Of a stretch of 64,000 bases of DNA, positions 59,510-64,000 are shown one piece after another. The stretch comes from an uncultured Clostridia bacterium (GTDB lineage: Bacteria > Bacillota > Clostridia > Christensenellales > UBA1242): the NCBI GenBank assembly GCA_944383415.1, contig CALWPK010000004.1, positions 44,197 through 108,196 on the forward strand. Direction: 5' to 3'. Position 1 is the first letter of the stretch. Each line of letters starts with the position of its first letter. Under the pieces are notes generated by a model. It made no database searches. It worked only from the letters and a program-made list of their open reading frames with translations, and was not told where the DNA came from. The translations under genes were made by a program, and so were the position numbers.

Positions 59510-60355
59510 ATGAATATGCTAAGTGTAGATATTTTAAAAGAAGATCCAGTTGAATACAAAAAATATATGGAAATTCAAGCAGAATTTGAAAAAAAAGGAA
59601 TTTTCAATACAGATGTAAATGAAAATTCGTATGAGGGTACCCTTCCTGTTACCGAAGACTTTGAATTTATCAAAAAAGGTGTAAAAAATGCTTTCAAGCA
59701 CGCCATCTACTCCACAGCGATGCGTATATATACAAATAAAATTTGTAAACTTTTGAAAGTTGAAGTCAAAGGTAAAGAAAATTTGAAGGATATAAACGGT
59801 GCTATCATCACGTGTAATCATATCAGCAAATTTGATTCTTTCGCCGTCAGGAAAGCAGTCGGCGTCAATATATTTTTTGTCGCCGCTGACTACAACAATT
59901 GGGCAGGCAAAATGGGAGAAACTGCACGTCATACTGGATATCTTCCGCTGTCAAACAAATTTAGCGTGATGAAAAAATTTAATCAAGCAATGGAATATTA
60001 TCTAAATAAAGGAAAAAAGATTCTTATTTATCCTGAGCAGGCTATGTGGCGTGATTATGAAAAACCAAGACCATTGAAAGACGGAGCATTCCATTATGCT
60101 GTCAAGCATAGAGTGCCAATTCTCCCACTATTCATCACTTTCCGCCCTGGCGGAATCGTTGAGGACGGTATTGAACGCAAATATTACACTGTCAATATTT
60201 TGAAACCTATTTATCCTCAAGAAAATTTGACAGTCAAAGAGAATATCGAGTATATGCGTAAGACCAATTTTGACCGCTGGAAAGAGTGCTATGAATCTAC
60301 TTATCAAAAAAATTTGACCTACACCACTATTGACAAATCGAAAATTAAAATATAA
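59510..60355 (+). CDS. LPLAT/PlsC-family acyltransferase, paralog C
   Basis: CNHISKFD (HX4D), IYPEQAMW, and VPILPL blocks. Confidence 0.75.
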   Translation: MNMLSVDILKEDPVEYKKYMEIQAEFEKKGIFNTDVNENSYEGTLPVTEDFEFIKKGVKNAFKHAIYSTAMRIYTNKICKLLKVEVKGKENLKDINGAIITCNHISKFDSFAVRKAVGVNIFFVAADYNNWAGKMGETARHTGYLPLSNKFSVMKKFNQAMEYYLNKGKKILIYPEQAMWRDYEKPRPLKDGAFHYAVKHRVPILPLFITFRPGGIVEDGIERKYYTVNILKPIYPQENLTVKENIEYMRKTNFDRWKECYESTYQKNLTYTTIDKSKIKI

Positions 60356-60385
60356 GATAGGGTTGTGATTAATCTAAGATTGAAT

Positions 60386-60425
60386 ATAGATTTTTGATGT
60401 AAAATACCAAAAATCTATTTTTTTC
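60386..60425 (+). terminator. rho-independent terminator
   Basis: atagatttttg (60386-60396) pairs with caaaaatctat (60408-60418), followed by a T-run. Confidence 0.7.
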
Positions 60426-60790
60426 TTCCGACCGTGCAAAACATATCGCGATTGCAATACCTAATTTTAGGTAGCATTTTGACAATCATTTAAACTTATA
60501 AAATAATCAATTTCATATTTTATATCGATGTAGGCTAAATTAGCGGACAAAAAAATGTATGCAATCCATATTGTCTCAAAAGATTAAAATCATACCCGCG
60601 TGAAAGTAGCAACAAATTTTTGAAACTTTTATCTCATTCATCTACTTTCGCTAAGCGAATGATGATTGCGAAATTTTCGTATCTTCAAAATTTATACCCG
60701 CAATGTAGGCATTCAAATTTTTGACAATAAATTTGACTAAAAATTGTCAACATATTATGATAGATTTTGACATTTCACCGCTCATTTCAA

Positions 60791-60819
60791 TTGAAAAATT
60801 TGTCAATAAATGTTATAAT
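60791..60819 (+). promoter_or_regulatory. sigma-A-like promoter
   Basis: ttgaaa (60791-60796), a 17-nt spacer ending in tgt, then tataat (60814-60819). SD aggaga is at 60835-60840 and the ATG at 60845. Confidence 0.6.
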
Positions 60820-60844
60820 TAGTGCATATAAATTAGGAGAAGGT

Positions 60845-61939
60845 ATGGATCAATTCAAAATTATTGTAATGAGCAATTTTAAAGATAGGGGCAAAATCAT
60901 TGGCGAATATGTCAAACAAAATTTGAATTCAGACGAATCAAACATTATTTATGCGAAAAATGAGCGTTTCTCAAACGGCGAAGGGAAAGTCGTATTGACT
61001 GAGAGCGTGAGAAACAAAATCGTATTTATTATTAGTGACGTATCCAACTATGGCGAAACTTATACAATGTATGGTCACATCAATCGTATGAGCCCAGACG
61101 AGCATTTTCAGGATATCAAACGCACTATTTCCGCGATCGCAGGCAAGGCAAAGAAAATAATCGTCATTATGCCTCTACTCTATCAGTCTAGACAGCATAG
61201 ACGTCTAATGCGCGAATCTCTTGATTGTGCGATGGCGTTGCAAGATCTAGAAAACTTGGGAGTAGATAGCGTGCTGACGTTTGACGCACACGACATCAAC
61301 ATCCAAAATGCTGTATCTAGGATGAGTTTTGATTCATTTTTCCCAAATTATCAAGTGATGAAAACTCTTTTGAAGAAAGAGGATTTCAAGATTGACAAAG
61401 ACAACCTCATCGTCATCAGTCCAGACACTGGTGCTATGCCTAGAGCGATCAAATACGCTAATATGCTTGGACTAGATGTCGGTATGTTCTACAAAAGGCG
61501 TGACTACACTCAGATCGTGAATGGCAAAAATCCTGTCGTACAGCACGAATATCTAGGTCGTGACGTGAAGGGGAAATATATATTGATTGTAGACGATATG
61601 ATAGCATCTGGAGGCTCTGTCATAGATGTGGCTACCGAGATGAAAAAGCGCGGTGCATTGGGCGCGTATATTGTGGCGACTTTTTCTTTCTTCACTGACG
61701 GAATTGAAAAATTTGAGGAAGCGTACAAAAAAGGAATTATCAAGAAAATTTATACCACAAACCTCACATATTTGCCGAACGAATACAAAGGCAAATTGTG
61801 GATATGCCTAGTAGACTGTCTTGAATTCTTGGCACGCATTATCACGAACATAATAGAAGGACAAAGCATCAGTTATCTCGTGGATTCAGATGAAAAGATC
61901 AAAGAACTTTTAATAGAACATAACCGTCACCTTATATAA
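60845..61939 (+). CDS. prs: ribose-phosphate pyrophosphokinase family protein (divergent)
   Basis: RFSNGEGKV, LLYQSRQHRR, FDAHD, and IVDDMIASGGS motifs. The start is placed at the ATG 60845 because the promoter lies inside the ORF-track extension. Confidence 0.75.
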   Translation: MDQFKIIVMSNFKDRGKIIGEYVKQNLNSDESNIIYAKNERFSNGEGKVVLTESVRNKIVFIISDVSNYGETYTMYGHINRMSPDEHFQDIKRTISAIAGKAKKIIVIMPLLYQSRQHRRLMRESLDCAMALQDLENLGVDSVLTFDAHDINIQNAVSRMSFDSFFPNYQVMKTLLKKEDFKIDKDNLIVISPDTGAMPRAIKYANMLGLDVGMFYKRRDYTQIVNGKNPVVQHEYLGRDVKGKYILIVDDMIASGGSVIDVATEMKKRGALGAYIVATFSFFTDGIEKFEEAYKKGIIKKIYTTNLTYLPNEYKGKLWICLVDCLEFLARIITNIIEGQSISYLVDSDEKIKELLIEHNRHLI

Positions 61940-62141
61940 TAAAAATCACCAGTATACCTTGTGGTTTTGTATGTAATGTGTCAGCCTTGATTTAAAATAA
62001 CACAAAAATGTTTACATTTTTTTGCGTAAATATGGTTTGATTTTTATTACAATTCCAATTTTTTATTTGATCACTTTTATTATTTTTATTGTCACCAGAA
62101 ACTTCAGCCTGATCTAAAGACAACCTCGCGGTTTTAATTCA

Positions 62142-62175
62142 CAAAAAAAAGATAGATCTTAAAGTGATCTATCTT
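62142..62175 (-). terminator. rho-independent terminator
   Basis: aagatagatc (62149-62158) pairs with gatctatctt (62166-62175). On the minus strand a T9 run follows the hairpin. Confidence 0.75.
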
Positions 62176-62202
62176 GATTCGCTCCAAGTATCTATCTTTT
62201 TC

Positions 62203-62826
62203 TTATTTCGCACTTATATACTCTTCCTTTCGTTCCAACTCTGACAATGCCGAATTCACAACCTTGTCAGTTTCGACATCCAGAACTTTTGTATCTTTTA
62301 AATATGCATCAATTCCTTCAATCTGTTTCCTAATTCTACTTATATTTTTACTAGATTTTAAATCCTCGCTTGCTGTCAGTTTTTTCACTGCTTTAGTGGC
62401 AGTCTTTATAACATTCTTTTTGAAAGCGTCTTTATAATTTGACCTAATGATTCTCCCTCTATTCAAACGAGATAGATATTTAGTCCATCTTTTACTTGCA
62501 TCATTAAATTCATAATCTAAATACAAATCTTCGACCGAATTGATGTTCAAATCGGAAATAAATTGGTTAACGTTGCTCGCTTCTTTGATGTCATACACGC
62601 CGTACTCTCCTAAAATGTAATTAGATATTTCACCATTAGGCAATCTCAATTTCGTAAAGGCAATCATTTTTTCTCCACTAGGGCAAATGACCAAATGCGG
62701 ATACGAATATCTAATTTCTGAAGATTGTCTTGACGTCAGTATTTTATCTAGTTTAGATAATGATACTGCATCTAGCCAACTCACCTTTGTGTCTATTAGT
62801 TGATTAATTAATTTTTTTTGTTCCAT
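62203..62826 (-). CDS. hypothetical protein
   Basis: 207-aa ORF with SD aaaggagaa. No motif recognised. Confidence 0.5.
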   Translation of the reverse strand: MEQKKLINQLIDTKVSWLDAVSLSKLDKILTSRQSSEIRYSYPHLVICPSGEKMIAFTKLRLPNGEISNYILGEYGVYDIKEASNVNQFISDLNINSVEDLYLDYEFNDASKRWTKYLSRLNRGRIIRSNYKDAFKKNVIKTATKAVKKLTASEDLKSSKNISRIRKQIEGIDAYLKDTKVLDVETDKVVNSALSELERKEEYISAK

Positions 62827-63173
62827 AATTCTCCTTTTATTCCCTATATCTAATTATATCACAAATATTTTGATTTTTCAATAGTCTATCCAATATTTTT
62901 AAACATAGTATTTTTCACAAAATTCAAATTTGAATTTTCATCTTACTTCAAATGGCACTGAACAAGACAAATTCGATATGATTATTCCAAAAGCCACAAT
63001 TATCAAACTTTTCAATATTTTCTTTATTTCTCCTTAATATTTCGTTTCTCACTCGTTCAATAATAGCCATTCTTTACTCCAAAATATAAAATTCAAACAA
63101 ATTTATTTATATATTCAATGATAGCATTTTCATCTTCTAGTTCAATCTCTTTCAAATATAATTCTTCCATTTT

Positions 63174-63999
63174 TTACTTCTTATTTTTCCCAATGTATAA
63201 TAGGTGAAATGAGAGCCCTTGCAGTGTTGAATTTTCGCAGGTCACTAGGTGATATTTTTTGAAAAATTCAAAATCTATATTTGTCATTATAAAGTTTTTT
63301 CTATCTTCTTTTAAAACTAAAATACTGTCGGTTGCAACTAAGTGCAATGGTTTGAAAGGAAAAGTTTTGAATAGCCCCTTGAAGTCCTCAATCTCAAAAC
63401 CCGTGAACCCCTGCTCAGGGAATTGTCTCGGCTTGAAATCTTCAGTAAAATTTTCTTTGATCGAATCTATGACCGATTGACCGCCATCCATTCCGCAACC
63501 ACAGACAAAATTGTGGATAGAATGAATGCGAACATCAAAATTCCGTTTACTTTGCATACTCTCATCGCCTCGATTATCGCTTGTTTTCGATCTTTTTCAT
63601 TATACAGATGATATAGTGGGCCGAGCACCAACACCATATCAAAACTTCCGTCTTAAACAGCGAAAGGTCCAACGCGTCTATATGGTCCTATATTTTCTAT
63701 TTTTTTTCGAATTCTTTTTCAAAATTTTAGGATTGGACTTTAGCAATTTCTACGGCGGTCACATTATAGCCTAATTTTGCCAGTGCAATCAAGTATCTAC
63801 CTGTCCCTCGCTCCAACCTCCGAAATTTTCATCTTGGGTTTCAAATATTTCTGGATGTATTGCATAGTGGTAAAAATTCCAATTGACATACAATGAACGC
63901 GTAAACCTTGTATTCTCTTGTCCTTTACCATAAATTTCATTCAATATTTTAATATTTTTTTCATTTCTTTATTTATATCATTATTTCTTCAATCGCCTA
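63174..63999 (-). pseudogene. class I SAM-dependent methyltransferase, multiply frameshifted
   Basis: On the minus strand, pieces of one MTase lie in three frames. These are KISEVGARDR / GTGRYLIALAKLGYNVTAVEI (motif I), DGSFDMVLVLGPLYHLYNEKDRKQAIIEAMRVCKVNGILMF (motifs II-III) preceded by a TAA, and the ORF 63557-63174 C-terminal part. The A7 run at the putative start is also out of frame. Confidence 0.6.
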
Positions 64000-64000
64000 G

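Noticed and set aside
1-64000. Possible alternative genetic code (TGA = Trp), given the Mollicutes-like A/T richness and DUF285-type lipoprotein.
   Set aside because: All long conserved genes (ftsH, mfd, Ca-ATPase, gltX, tyrS) are uninterrupted under the standard code and use TGG for conserved Trp. TGA serves as the stop in overlapping ATGA/TTGA junctions (1810-1813, 5991-5994).

Overview
This is a low-GC bacterial chromosome segment that uses the standard code: conserved genes have no internal TGA. All calls rest on motifs read from the ORF translations; no searches were run. Gene content looks Bacillota-like. The housekeeping backbone includes pth-mfd, ftsH, cvpA-tyrS, ychF, uppP, acpP, gltX, a long RelA/SpoT homolog, a Prs-like enzyme, a P-type Ca-ATPase, a COG0523 GTPase and an M23 peptidase. 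Several accessory blocks interrupt this backbone.

- **Left-end island (1-8900):** a translationally coupled zeta-like kinase plus PHP phosphoesterase pair; a heavily decayed BspA/DUF285-type LRR surface-protein gene with a G12 tract; an orphan MuF-like toxin module with two tandem immunity-like paralogs; a GIY-YIG protein; and an HExxH protein.
- **Oxidoreductase operon:** Fe-ADH, a standalone FIST protein and an ALDH.
- **Glycopolymer locus:** an ABC-transporter-type locus (TagG/TagH-like, GT4, phosphoglycosyl transferase) that ends in a DUF6270-like gene with an in-frame C10 tract and a 5'-truncated duplicate upstream.
- **Glycolipid-type cluster:** a GT28-like and a GT8 glycosyltransferase with three paralogous acyltransferases.
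- **A/T islands:** four 320-530 bp islands that are almost pure A/T, with A- or T-tracts phased at about 10 bp.

No rRNA, tRNA, CRISPR array, transposase or integrase was recognised. The best candidate for an undescribed system is the kinase/PHP pair at 56-2661. The toxin/immunity cassette and the homopolymer-switch candidates come next.
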